From the IMG/VR virus record IMGVR_UViG_3300008050_000025, positions 1-64,000 of that record: a DNA stretch of 64,000 nt. One strand, written 5' to 3'. The DNA comes from a virus. The notes under the pieces were generated by a model. It was not told where the DNA came from. It ran no database searches and saw only the letters and a list, made by a program, of their open reading frames with translations. Positions 1 to 8,931 of the stretch are shown here, one piece after another (position 1 is the first letter of the stretch; each line of letters starts with the position of its first letter). A program made the position numbers and the translations under genes.

Positions 1-39
1 ATTTAAGACAAGATTCTCGTTAATCGTCAATTATGACAC

Positions 40-77
40 AAAAATAAGCTCCTGTAGTGATACAGGAGCTTATTTTT
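40..77. terminator. bidirectional rho-independent terminator
   Basis: Perfect inverted repeat AAAAATAAGCTCCTGTA-gtga-TACAGGAGCTTATTTTT, just downstream of the minus-strand early genes. Confidence 0.85.
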
Positions 78-97
78 ATTTGATAGTTAAGATGTTT

Positions 98-298
98 TCA
101 CACAGCTTGATAACGTGTACGAGACAATGGTGGAGTAGATTTGACTTTTCGCAGAAGCGTATTAGCTGACACACCTTTAGGAAGGTAGAAGAACGCTTGG
201 CAAGCCTCTAGTACATCTTCTGATTTAACAGGATGAGCTAAACTCTTGTGCCATACGTTGTTACGGTCTTTGTGAAAGTAGATTGTAATGCGTTTCAT
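98..298 (-). CDS. hypothetical protein
   Basis: 66 aa ORF ending before the terminator. Confidence 0.5.
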   Translation of the reverse strand: MKRITIYFHKDRNNVWHKSLAHPVKSEDVLEACQAFFYLPKGVSANTLLRKVKSTPPLSRTRYQAV

Positions 299-436
299 TT
301 GTGTGATTAGGTCTTATGGGTTTAATGGTTTCGTTAATTTTGGCATTGAAGAAACTGCTATCAATGTGATATCACATTTAATCTTTCTAATTCCTTCAAC
401 TTTTCCTACCCCCTCACAGGGTATTCTATCATCTTT

Positions 437-718
437 CTATTCTTTGATATCAGTTAGCATTTGCCATTCCATATCATTTTCTTCTACTTCTTTCCTCTTT
501 TGAGTCCAAACCCTCTGGGTATTGTCCTCATATGTTACTGTGACAAACTTAGGACTAAGTGTAACTTGTGATTGTACTGGACAGTGTTTTGTATGTTCTT
601 CTAGCTCTGCTTTACATAACGTGTACTTATTGTTTGATACTAGGAACATGGTGAAGAAGAGTATTGCACCTATTAGGGATAGCACTAATGCTGGTAAGTA
701 TGATGGCTCTCTGCTCAT
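437..718 (-). CDS. hypothetical membrane protein
   Basis: N-terminal hydrophobic helix; ATGA coupling to upstream ORF. Confidence 0.65.
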   Translation of the reverse strand: MSREPSYLPALVLSLIGAILFFTMFLVSNNKYTLCKAELEEHTKHCPVQSQVTLSPKFVTVTYEDNTQRVWTQKRKEVEENDMEWQMLTDIKE

Positions 719-1053
719 TGCTGTACTCCCAAACTATTATTTTGTGGTTCGTAGGTATACAGGCAGTAGACCTTATCTCCACTTAGTTTGATTTCAAATA
801 CGAAGCCGTCAATGCTCTCAATCTCTCTTTCGCCGCTCCTAAACAGTTTCAGAGCTTTGCGCATGATGTCCTTATCTTTTTGGATGTCTGAGTTTGGTTG
901 GGCGTAATAACCACCACATCCGCAGCGGCAACACTTCCCTTTTCCGTAATAAATCTGTTCGATTTCGCTTTCGTCAAACTCTACGTATTTTTTCTCAAGA
1001 GTATTATGCGGGGTATGTTTAAGTGCTAACTTCATTAGTTTTACTTGGCCCAT
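715..1053 (-). CDS. hypothetical protein (CCRCGCGG motif)
   Basis: 112 aa ORF coupled to neighbours. Confidence 0.7.
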   Translation of the reverse strand: MGQVKLMKLALKHTPHNTLEKKYVEFDESEIEQIYYGKGKCCRCGCGGYYAQPNSDIQKDKDIMRKALKLFRSGEREIESIDGFVFEIKLSGDKVYCLYTYEPQNNSLGVQQ

Positions 1054-1289
1054 GGGCCTTTTTCGGTTGGTTTGTGTTGTGCGTTATACTTTTCTACAAG
1101 CTCCAATGCTTCTTCCATGGCTGCATTAAAATGTGCAGTGCGGTATTCTTGTGGAGTATCCTCATCTGCCTGATACATCACTTCCTTTAGTGCAGCGATT
1201 AGTTTATCTTTCTGAGCAGAGATATCGAGTTTCTCCTCAATCCTTGCCAGTGATTGTGATACAGACGTTTCAAATGCTAAGTTTTTCAT
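1041..1289 (-). CDS. hypothetical protein
   Basis: 82 aa ORF preceded by AGGAG. Confidence 0.7.
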   Translation of the reverse strand: MKNLAFETSVSQSLARIEEKLDISAQKDKLIAALKEVMYQADEDTPQEYRTAHFNAAMEEALELVEKYNAQHKPTEKGPWAK

Positions 1290-1301
1290 TAAGTTATCTC
1301 C

Positions 1302-1472
1302 TTAAAACAGGTCTAAGACTTCGTTTTGGGTTTCCAACTGCTTAACATATCCTTCTAGGATATTCCAAGCCTGTTTTCGTGTCCATTGATTGGGGTTATC
1401 TGTTTTGATTGTATGGGGTTGTTGTAGCAGGTACAGAGCATCCTCGTAGTCTTGTTTGGTGAATCTAGCCAT
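1302..1472 (-). CDS. small hypothetical protein (MARFTKQDYEDALYLL...; 56 aa, not in ORF track)
   Basis: Read manually; TAATG coupling to the 1472..1759 ORF; fills the gap. Confidence 0.65.
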   Translation of the reverse strand: MARFTKQDYEDALYLLQQPHTIKTDNPNQWTRKQAWNILEGYVKQLETQNEVLDLF

Positions 1473-1759
1473 TAGTTCTCAATCTCCTTAAACTTCTGTT
1501 TCACGTCATGGATTGTTACATCCATCACAGTATAAAACAAGATATTACATTCGTCTTCCCTGTAATCTTTAGTACAAGCTACCCATTCTTTCTTGGTTAA
1601 ATAATTCTTATCATCCATGTGAAAGCAACTATTCCAACCTTCCCTAGTGGTAACAGATACGATAGATTTAGAACGTGAACAAAGGATTTTCCTAAGATGC
1701 ACTGCATTTGGATGGTCTTTGATTAGCTCAAGGGCTTCATTTATTTGTTGTGGTGTCAC
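1472..1759 (-). CDS. hypothetical protein (MTPQQINE...)
   Basis: GTG start after GAGGAAGG; start region duplicated at 1991-2025. Confidence 0.7.
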   Translation of the reverse strand: MTPQQINEALELIKDHPNAVHLRKILCSRSKSIVSVTTREGWNSCFHMDDKNYLTKKEWVACTKDYREDECNILFYTVMDVTIHDVKQKFKEIEN

Positions 1760-1789
1760 TTTCCTTCCTCATAATCTTGTTTGGTGAAT

Positions 1790-2014
1790 CTAGCCATTGT
1801 ATTTGGCCGTTTTCTCAAAATCAGAAATATATGCAACACCTACTCCTTCAATTTGTTCAAGTTTACTACCGAAACCAAGATTATGTTGTAGGTCTGTACA
1901 GTTTTTCTGGTCTGGGTCATCGGATTCTACTAAGTAGAATACCTTAAAGATGTGAACATATTTCTTCTTATCGGATTCCCCATCGGGTGTTTCATTTGTT
2001 TGTTGTGGTGTCAT
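1790..2014 (-). CDS. hypothetical protein (MTPQQTNE...)
   Basis: ATG after GAGGAAGG. Confidence 0.65.
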   Translation of the reverse strand: MTPQQTNETPDGESDKKKYVHIFKVFYLVESDDPDQKNCTDLQHNLGFGSKLEQIEGVGVAYISDFEKTAKYNG

Positions 2015-2198
2015 TTTCCTTCCTCCAAGTACAAGTATTGATGATAACCTCTTCCATTGTCTCTTCCTCCAGAGTTGAAATGTCCTTTAAGTTTTTGTGG
2101 TTCCTATTACTTTGGCAATAGGAACAGCTACCATGGTTTCTACAGCTTTTATCATATGCTCTAGATTGACGGTACTTTTGTTTACGGGTACGGCTCAT
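1992..2198 (-). CDS. small basic Cys/His phage protein
   Basis: DKSCRNHGSCSYC putative zinc-binding motif. Confidence 0.7.
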   Translation of the reverse strand: MSRTRKQKYRQSRAYDKSCRNHGSCSYCQSNRNHKNLKDISTLEEETMEEVIINTCTWRKENDTTTNK

Positions 2199-2699
2199 TT
2201 AATCAAGGGGGTGGACAGTTTCACATAGGGTACAGAAAGTGCCGCTAGGCATATCATAGCCAGAAATATTGTCTAAACATTCCACCCATTGTTGTAGCTC
2301 CTTATCGGATATGTCCATTTGCTCCGCGATTTCATCGCCAATCATTGCGAGTCCTAACCGCGCCACTTCAAGTAGGTCTGATAGTTGTAAAAGTTTGGGA
2401 GTCTCAGCTATCACTAGTTCAGCTTTGTACTTTGTTAGTAGCTCGCCAAGCTCTTTCTTAAACTCTTCCAGGGGAAGGTTAATCCCTACTAACTTTAAGC
2501 CTTGTTTAATAGCTACGGGGATATGCTCAGAGTACTTATATGCCTCAAAGTTATTATCTTCTGCTACTTTCTTTCCGTCCTTAAAAACTATAAGGATGCA
2601 GATAGAACCGTTAGGATTATCAGGAACTAGCCTAATATCGTAACCATGAGCGTGAAACCCTTTAAGGGAATAGATATCGTGGTCGTACTGTTTCATCAA
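2199..2699 (-). CDS. hypothetical protein
   Basis: 166 aa, coupled to neighbours. Confidence 0.7.
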   Translation of the reverse strand: MMKQYDHDIYSLKGFHAHGYDIRLVPDNPNGSICILIVFKDGKKVAEDNNFEAYKYSEHIPVAIKQGLKLVGINLPLEEFKKELGELLTKYKAELVIAETPKLLQLSDLLEVARLGLAMIGDEIAEQMDISDKELQQWVECLDNISGYDMPSGTFCTLCETVHPLD

Positions 2700-3163
2700 T
2701 CTTCCCTCTCAATTTTAATTTGTGCACCTGCTGGAATATGGGAATACTCTAAGTATTCGCAATCAGAGTGCATAGCCTTATCAATGGCCTCTTCCTCATT
2801 CTCAGCGGTAACGGTGCGGTGAGAATAGTGTAACTCAGGAACTAATACTTTGTACGTGTATTCCTTTACAGGCTCATCCTTTTCACCGCTCATAGCTTTT
2901 GCCAAGTGCTTGAGATTATTGGCAGCTACATTTTCTGCAAACCGCTTCGCATCAAGCAATGCCCTAAACTTTTCTTCGGGAATCAAATTGTAACCTTCCC
3001 TAGAGAAAACTATGTGGCCAACATGGTTATGCACTTGTAGAGTATGCTGATTATTCGCAGCATGATATACCAAATAGGCGCGATAAGGTGGAATAGAGTA
3101 ACCTTCGCTTGTGTAAAGGTCGGCGGCTTCTTGTTTTTTGCTGTTCATTATTTTAAACCTCAA
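2696..3163 (-). CDS. hypothetical protein
   Basis: 155 aa, coupled to neighbours. Confidence 0.7.
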   Translation of the reverse strand: MRFKIMNSKKQEAADLYTSEGYSIPPYRAYLVYHAANNQHTLQVHNHVGHIVFSREGYNLIPEEKFRALLDAKRFAENVAANNLKHLAKAMSGEKDEPVKEYTYKVLVPELHYSHRTVTAENEEEAIDKAMHSDCEYLEYSHIPAGAQIKIERED

Positions 3164-3905
3164 AGTTTTTCTTGATTTTGCTTTTCATCACTACGCCATG
3201 CGCAGGGTACAAAACATTTTCTACCTTACGATTCCAGCAAGCGCGGCATTGACCACACTTACCAGCCCTATTGTAAGAACGACAAACTACAATACCCTTT
3301 TGGGCTTTCACAGTATCAACATTCTCTACAACAAAAGAGTATTGTCCCCAGCCTAAAGTATCAACATCATCAGCACTATCAGCAGTGATAACTTGCCCAG
3401 TAGACCGACGAACAACTACGTTATCCAAATTCTCTAAACTCTCTAGAGCTTCTGCAATCTCAGCAACTTTCCAAGCGAGAGTTGGAATCCAGAATTTAGT
3501 ATCAGGACAACGCTTGCATACTTCCAAGATTTTCTCTGCCAACTCTACACAATAAACATCACCACTATCGAAAAAGCGGAAATACCTTTCGTGCTTAAGA
3601 GTTGCTACCATCTTGGATACCCAATCAGGCTTTTGCCAATCCTGCATATTGTGTTCCCTAACTGCTTTCACATTCTTGTAAAGATAGTTTCCAGTAGTGG
3701 CGTAACATCCTTGGCAGGAAGGGACAAGTTTAGCGTCAGAATCAAAGGCGTTTTGCCAATCTTGCAACTTCCCGCTATAGTTTTCGTAAGACTCGGAAGA
3801 GCCTGGACAAGTAAGCAAAGCGGGAAGCGACCAAGATAAACAAGGCATTTTAGAAGCCTTACTAAACTTAGGACTTGCGTTTTCTAGTTGTGTGGGTGAC
3901 GGCAT
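3153..3905 (-). CDS. Gp88-like phage protein (Cys-rich, probable Fe-S/radical-SAM-like)
   Basis: SKMPCLSWSLPA..CPGS..CQGCYA, FRFFDSGD and C-terminal CGQCRACW motifs; ATG at 3905 lies 6 nt after a -10 box (track start 3911). Confidence 0.75.
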   Translation of the reverse strand: MPSPTQLENASPKFSKASKMPCLSWSLPALLTCPGSSESYENYSGKLQDWQNAFDSDAKLVPSCQGCYATTGNYLYKNVKAVREHNMQDWQKPDWVSKMVATLKHERYFRFFDSGDVYCVELAEKILEVCKRCPDTKFWIPTLAWKVAEIAEALESLENLDNVVVRRSTGQVITADSADDVDTLGWGQYSFVVENVDTVKAQKGIVVCRSYNRAGKCGQCRACWNRKVENVLYPAHGVVMKSKIKKNFEV

Positions 3906-3911
3906 GGACAC

Positions 3912-3939
3912 ATTCTAAACCTTTTCCTAGATAACGCAA
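3912..3939 (-). promoter_or_regulatory. sigma70-type promoter
   Basis: TTGCGT-N16-TAGAAT. Confidence 0.6.
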
Positions 3940-4041
3940 GAAAATTCCAAGAAATCCGAGCGGTTAAAAACTCCCCACGGTGCGCCTCTGAATCACGACA
4001 AATCACTCGTTAATTCCACTATACGATTTTTGGGATTTCTC

Positions 4042-4069
4042 TTGCTTTCCTTTCAGGATATGCTAGAAT
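4042..4069 (+). promoter_or_regulatory. sigma70-type promoter (divergent)
   Basis: TTGCTT-N16-TAGAAT. Confidence 0.55.
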
Positions 4070-4163
4070 ATTATCTGTCCTAGAATCATCTCAGAGATTT
4101 TAGGGCTTTTTTGTGTTTATCCATAAGAAAAAGACCTTAAAGTCTCTATATTATTATGAAAAC

Positions 4164-4367
4164 ATGGTAAAACAGAAAACAAAAGAAGAAACAGTAAAAG
4201 CCGTATTGCGAGTGCTATCTCAACAATATCCTGAACTGTTTAGGGCTGATGCTATCACACAGCATAGTAATGCTTTAGTAGGCTTCCTGTTGGATGCCAT
4301 TGGTACTTGGGAGAAAGAGCAAGAGGAAATGCCAACATTGGGTGGGCCTGAACTGCTGGAAGGCTGA
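4164..4367 (+). CDS. hypothetical protein (probable start MVKQKT)
   Basis: Plus-strand ORF between promoter and terminator; start uncertain (track 4113). Confidence 0.55.
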   Translation: MVKQKTKEETVKAVLRVLSQQYPELFRADAITQHSNALVGFLLDAIGTWEKEQEEMPTLGGPELLEG

Positions 4368-4417
4368 TTTGACTTTTCGCGTATAGGCATCCCAATTTGA
4401 CTCTTGGGATAACGACC

Positions 4418-4464
4418 AAGACCCGTTAGACATCTTAATTGATATCTAACGGGTCTTTTTATTT
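4418..4464 (+). terminator. rho-independent terminator
   Basis: AAGACCCGTTAGACATC-ttaatt-GATATCTAACGGGTCTT followed by T-tract. Confidence 0.85.
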
Positions 4465-4590
4465 GTCTACATGGTATTATCGGATTTGACTTTCTTACGG
4501 TGGCGTTTTTTGTTTGGCCGCTTCAATTTGACTTATAGCATTTAAACAACTGACCAACCCTTAGTAGATTTCCACCTACCAGAAATAACG

Positions 4591-4998
4591 CTACTCGCCG
4601 TAAAACATAAAGCACACCACAATGCCAGTCCCAACCCAAAAAGGCATCCACAAGTACCAAGCTATTAACGCCCCGATAATCAAGGAAAAAGATACAATGA
4701 GACATACGATAGTCCAAAAAGTGTTAAACCCCTTTTCAACATAAAACATCTCCCCCAAGAACGTACCTATAAGCATTGGTACAATGGACATGCATAATCC
4801 TTGTACGAAATGGAAAAAGCCTAGCCATGAAGTAGTTATCGTATACAGGAGAAGCAAACATACCCAAGGTATAAAAACAAAAAATGCCCCTATACATTGT
4901 CCCCTAGAAATCCTATCAATTTCAATTTTATCATTCGACATCAAAACACTTCTGTTTGGTTTCAGCCATTTTTGCCAATATCTTGTACAAAGTTGCAC
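4591..4998 (-). CDS. multi-pass membrane protein
   Basis: About four hydrophobic helices; true start may be MSNDK. Confidence 0.6.
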   Translation of the reverse strand: MQLCTRYWQKWLKPNRSVLMSNDKIEIDRISRGQCIGAFFVFIPWVCLLLLYTITTSWLGFFHFVQGLCMSIVPMLIGTFLGEMFYVEKGFNTFWTIVCLIVSFSLIIGALIAWYLWMPFWVGTGIVVCFMFYGE

Positions 4999-5001
4999 AA
5001 T

Positions 5002-6438
5002 CTAAGACATCCTCCTGTCCCATTCTCGGTGGCTCTCAAGCCTCGCACGGATAGCCCCAAAGGTTTGTGGGGGTTCATAAGTTAGCTCCTTACCGCTGTC
5101 GTAGACAGTTACCAGAACATCCTCTTCGTAATCAGCTAATGTGATAACGTCGGAGTAAGTTCGGTAATTATACATTCCCAAGTCTCGCACCAAGCTCAAC
5201 TTTCCTTTGAGGGAAGCCTTCATGCTTGAAGTGATTGGTTCTTTGTATACACCACGCCATACACCATTGATGCAAGCAGCGTTACATTTAACTGCAAACT
5301 TGTGTGTGTCTCGGTCAAACTTGCGAAGCAAGCCACCACCACTGCCAAAGATAATGTTATCTCCTGACCACCCATCGCTCTTCATGGCTGAGATAATATC
5401 AGACAACATATCGTAGTCAATACCATCACCTTGAAGAATCTTAATTCGGTCATTGAGAACCTTATATCCTTTTCTGTTCTCAGTAGTTCCAAACGCTTCA
5501 CCAAGGATGCGTAGACACTTGATTACAACTTCAACAGGGTCTCCTGAGTCAGGACGAATAACCAACGGGTTCTTAGCAGCCAAGACATCGGCCTTTAGCT
5601 CCTCACCCCACAAGGTTGAACATGCCTTGAAGATATCATATGAGTCACTTACACATGAATATGCAGCAATGCCTTCCATGTCCCCGAACTTATCAATCAT
5701 GTTGCGGAAAGATTCAACCTCGTTCACTCTACCCCAAGAAGTAACAGTACTGTGCTGCGATGCAGGTACAGAGAAACCAGCCATAAACTCATTGTAGAAG
5801 TAATCACCATACTGTAAAGCTTCTGAGTTATCAGTTCCCTTGAAGCTTGTTAGGTGTGCCAATCCAGCGACACCAGCTTCCTCTCGACAAGACACGCCAC
5901 GATATCCAAAGTCATGCAACATGAAGTCAATATTCTCTGGTGAGCCAGTCTTCTCTAGGAACTCTAACAACATATTCTTGCAGTAGTAAGAGTTAGTTGC
6001 TACAGTAGTTCCACACCATTGATGGCTCAAAAGAGTCTCTACCCAATCTACAACCCATGCGTGTGCTGGGTCAGTATTGGTAATAGTCATCAAGACATTT
6101 CGTTTAGGGACAAGTGAGCCTTCACGAACAGCTTTGATTCGAAGTGGAAGATTTCCACCTAAACGGTCTACGATATCTCGGAACCCAGCTTCGTTGAAGA
6201 TTTGGTCAGTGCCAAAGTGCGCAGCCCAATAGGGAATCGCACTATCAATGTCTGCGTGAGTTACCTTGGTATTCAGCAGTTCCATTACTTGAATCTGCAT
6301 AGAAAACCATACGGTGGCAGGGAATCGTCCTCCCCGTGCCACAATATGAGACTCCATATACTCTGTTCCAGGTGGCAGTTGCAGCCATTGAGATACTTTG
6401 TGTGAGTCAGTTGCTTTACACCAATTTAAAGGAATCAT
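5002..6438 (-). CDS. nadV: nicotinamide phosphoribosyltransferase (NAMPT family)
   Basis: TDSHKVSQ, LHDFGYRGVS, FxGTD, SVPASQHS, CVSDSYD, VIRPDSGDP, LQGDG, FGSGGGLL motifs. Confidence 0.93.
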   Translation of the reverse strand: MIPLNWCKATDSHKVSQWLQLPPGTEYMESHIVARGGRFPATVWFSMQIQVMELLNTKVTHADIDSAIPYWAAHFGTDQIFNEAGFRDIVDRLGGNLPLRIKAVREGSLVPKRNVLMTITNTDPAHAWVVDWVETLLSHQWCGTTVATNSYYCKNMLLEFLEKTGSPENIDFMLHDFGYRGVSCREEAGVAGLAHLTSFKGTDNSEALQYGDYFYNEFMAGFSVPASQHSTVTSWGRVNEVESFRNMIDKFGDMEGIAAYSCVSDSYDIFKACSTLWGEELKADVLAAKNPLVIRPDSGDPVEVVIKCLRILGEAFGTTENRKGYKVLNDRIKILQGDGIDYDMLSDIISAMKSDGWSGDNIIFGSGGGLLRKFDRDTHKFAVKCNAACINGVWRGVYKEPITSSMKASLKGKLSLVRDLGMYNYRTYSDVITLADYEEDVLVTVYDSGKELTYEPPQTFGAIRARLESHREWDRRMS

Positions 6439-6477
6439 TAATCTATTACTCCAAAGTGTTCCAAGTATTTCTCAAAA

Positions 6478-6780
6478 TTAGTCAGCGTAATTTGGAGGTA
6501 CAAGAATTCGTACATCTTCCTCTTCATCAAGAAGAGCATCAAGACGCATTTGCATCCAAGCAATTTCGTCACGTAGCCAGTACGGGTTGTTATATTTTGC
6601 AACCATATCACGACCACAGTAAAAGCAGTGGATATCATCTTGGCCTTCCAAGATATGAATCTTGTGAGCCTGTTGCTCCCATCGGTAGTACAGCGCAACC
6701 TTTGCTTCCTCATCATTAGACGGAGAAGAAGAGCATGACGCAAACAGACAGAGAGCGAAAAGTGTTAGAAGGTATTTCAT
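6478..6780 (-). CDS. putative lipoprotein
   Basis: MKYLLTLFALCLFASC lipobox; CxxC. Confidence 0.65.
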   Translation of the reverse strand: MKYLLTLFALCLFASCSSSPSNDEEAKVALYYRWEQQAHKIHILEGQDDIHCFYCGRDMVAKYNNPYWLRDEIAWMQMRLDALLDEEEDVRILVPPNYAD

Positions 6781-7109
6781 TCAGAACTCCCATTAGCAAT
6801 GCGCAGAGCATTGGCAATATCTTTCACAGAGTTTTTGTTATCATTCCAAATCCTTTGAGTAACATCCCCACTAGGAGTCATCAAAGTAAAGAAGTCTGTT
6901 GCAATGTGATACGTTTGCCAACGTTTGTAAGAAGAAGATTCAGAGTTCAACTCAAACAACAGGCGCTGATGCAAAGGGGTTGTCCTTTCTTGCTCGTTCT
7001 CCAAAAAGTCTTTTGCTTCCTGTTTAGCTGCAATCATTCCTTGGAAGTCAGTGGAGTCTGCGAGTCGTTCAAAGAGTTCGCGTGGTACTTTAATGTTCGT
7101 TGATTTCAT
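6777..7109 (-). CDS. hypothetical protein
   Basis: ATGA-coupled on both sides. Confidence 0.7.
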   Translation of the reverse strand: MKSTNIKVPRELFERLADSTDFQGMIAAKQEAKDFLENEQERTTPLHQRLLFELNSESSSYKRWQTYHIATDFFTLMTPSGDVTQRIWNDNKNSVKDIANALRIANGSSE

Positions 7110-8233
7110 CCTTTAATGTTGATGATTGGGTGTACGTGGTGAAGTGTTTTAACAAGGTCTTCTTGCAAGTGCATCACTTCATTAATGTCTTTGTATGCGA
7201 AGGGAGACTCATCTAACGTATCTTTAACGACACGGGCTTGAGTGCCTTGCATAGTAGCTTTAAAGTCCTCCATTGAAAGCTCACGCTTAGCTTGCTTTCT
7301 ACCAAGAACTCTTCCTGCTCCATGAGAGCTAGAATATAGTGATTCAGGATTTCCTTTGCCTTCAACAATGAAAGAGCCGTCACGCATGTTGCCTGGAATT
7401 ACACCTGACATACCTTTCTCTGCGTGAGTTGCACCTTTCCTGTGAACAATAGTTCCACCTGTAATCTCTGCGTGGTTGTGGTTTCGGTTAATCAGATGGT
7501 TCCAATCTCCCTCACCAACAATAATCTTGGCCATCACTTTCTCAACAGCTTTAGCAATTCTAGTACGGTTTAACAAAGCAAACTTCAAAGCCCAAGACAT
7601 GTCTTGGTAATAATCAGAGCCTTCTTTGCTCATAATATTAAAACCAAAGTGGTCTTCACGGGGCTTTCCATCAGGAGAAGCTAAACGCATATACTCAGTT
7701 GCAATACCATGACCTACGCCACGACTACCTGAGTGAACAATAATCCAAGTTCTTTCATCGGTTCCAACACCGATTTCAATGAAGTGGTTGCCACCTCCTA
7801 GAGTTCCTAAATTACGGAACCCTTTCCTCTTATCAAATGCCCCCTGCCCCAATGGGGTTAGGTCACTGGCGAATAAGTTTGGAGAATCCTGGAATTCCTC
7901 ATGCGCGTTGAATCCAACGGGCACTTTGCTATAAATCTCATCGAAGATGGCTTTAGAGTTTTCTCTCACTTCATATGCATCAAAAGAAGTCGGAAGAGCT
8001 AACATGCCACATCCAATATCATAACCTACCCAAGCAGGAATGATTACATCTTTCGTTGCCACAACAGCACCAATAGGTAATGCGTAGCCTGGGTGTGCAT
8101 CGGGCATCATAGCTCCTTGCACTGTAAAATCCATATGCATAGCAGATACGAATTGGTCAATGGCTCCTTGCTCTAAGACCTCTGCGTAAATCTTGTATGG
8201 TTTTCCTAAGTCGTCTAGTTCTTTAACTTTCAT
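7106..8233 (-). CDS. rtcB: RtcB RNA ligase
   Basis: MPDAHPGY, VGYDIGCG, LGTLGGGNHFIE, VHSGSRG, HRKGAT, SSHGAGR, DESPFAYK motifs. Confidence 0.95.
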   Translation of the reverse strand: MKVKELDDLGKPYKIYAEVLEQGAIDQFVSAMHMDFTVQGAMMPDAHPGYALPIGAVVATKDVIIPAWVGYDIGCGMLALPTSFDAYEVRENSKAIFDEIYSKVPVGFNAHEEFQDSPNLFASDLTPLGQGAFDKRKGFRNLGTLGGGNHFIEIGVGTDERTWIIVHSGSRGVGHGIATEYMRLASPDGKPREDHFGFNIMSKEGSDYYQDMSWALKFALLNRTRIAKAVEKVMAKIIVGEGDWNHLINRNHNHAEITGGTIVHRKGATHAEKGMSGVIPGNMRDGSFIVEGKGNPESLYSSSHGAGRVLGRKQAKRELSMEDFKATMQGTQARVVKDTLDESPFAYKDINEVMHLQEDLVKTLHHVHPIINIKG

Positions 8234-8396
8234 TTAATCAACGCCTGGAAAGCTACACATTATTTTTTAGGTTTGTGGGTTTCCTGTAAACATTTTGGGC
8301 ACTGCCAGAGAATCCCATTTGGACCCTCTGACATCACTTTCATATCTGATTTGCACTGCGTACAACGTTTTGTCTTGCATTTTGGAAACATATGTG

Positions 8397-8891
8397 TTAC
8401 AGTGTGAAATCGTCAGGCGTATGCTCGTAGAGCTTCTTCGCCTCAGATGCCCGATAATAACAGAACCCCCATAGTCGGTCAAGGGATTTTCTGCTAAAGG
8501 CCTTATTAATATACTCACGCTTAAAGGACCATTCCTCTAACTGAGAATTAGTAAGTCCCATATTATCAGCAGTATAGGCTCTCATGCGGTCGTCAAGCTT
8601 CCTAAGGAAGATGGCCACTGCACGTTTCTCTCTCAAGGTTAAAGTATCATGAATGCCAAGGCTTTCAAGGTCGTTATGAATAGCAAACCTAATCAGAGAA
8701 CTGTACTTAGCTTTGTACACAGAAGTTCCTGGGATAGTATCATACTCTCTCCCAGATAACCACTCCTTTATGAAGGGGGCTACATTGTGAGCAGGTACAA
8801 AGCCATCGTGCATAGCTTCTCGGTACTTACGTGCAACAGAGAAACATACATGCTTCACTTTGCGTTTACGAATCTTATCTTTATTAAACAT
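8397..8891 (-). CDS. hypothetical protein
   Basis: 164 aa ORF. Confidence 0.65.
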   Translation of the reverse strand: MFNKDKIRKRKVKHVCFSVARKYREAMHDGFVPAHNVAPFIKEWLSGREYDTIPGTSVYKAKYSSLIRFAIHNDLESLGIHDTLTLREKRAVAIFLRKLDDRMRAYTADNMGLTNSQLEEWSFKREYINKAFSRKSLDRLWGFCYYRASEAKKLYEHTPDDFTL

Positions 8892-8931
8892 CTTTGTTAA
8901 TGGTTAGGGTAGTTTTTCATCCAAGGAAGGG

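Larger units (their letters stand above)
1441..2025. repeat. two pairs of imperfect direct repeats (1441-1473/1766-1798 and 1736-1770/1991-2025)
   Basis: 31/33 and 33/35 identity by eye; both correspond to gene starts. Confidence 0.85.

Noticed and set aside
6438-6743. Alternate-frame ORF overlapping the lipoprotein
   Set aside because: Frame 6478..6780 has a lipobox and ATGA coupling; this one has no support
8267-8518. 83-aa ORF overlapping 8397..8891
   Set aside because: Long overlap and no motif; only a shorter downstream part might be real
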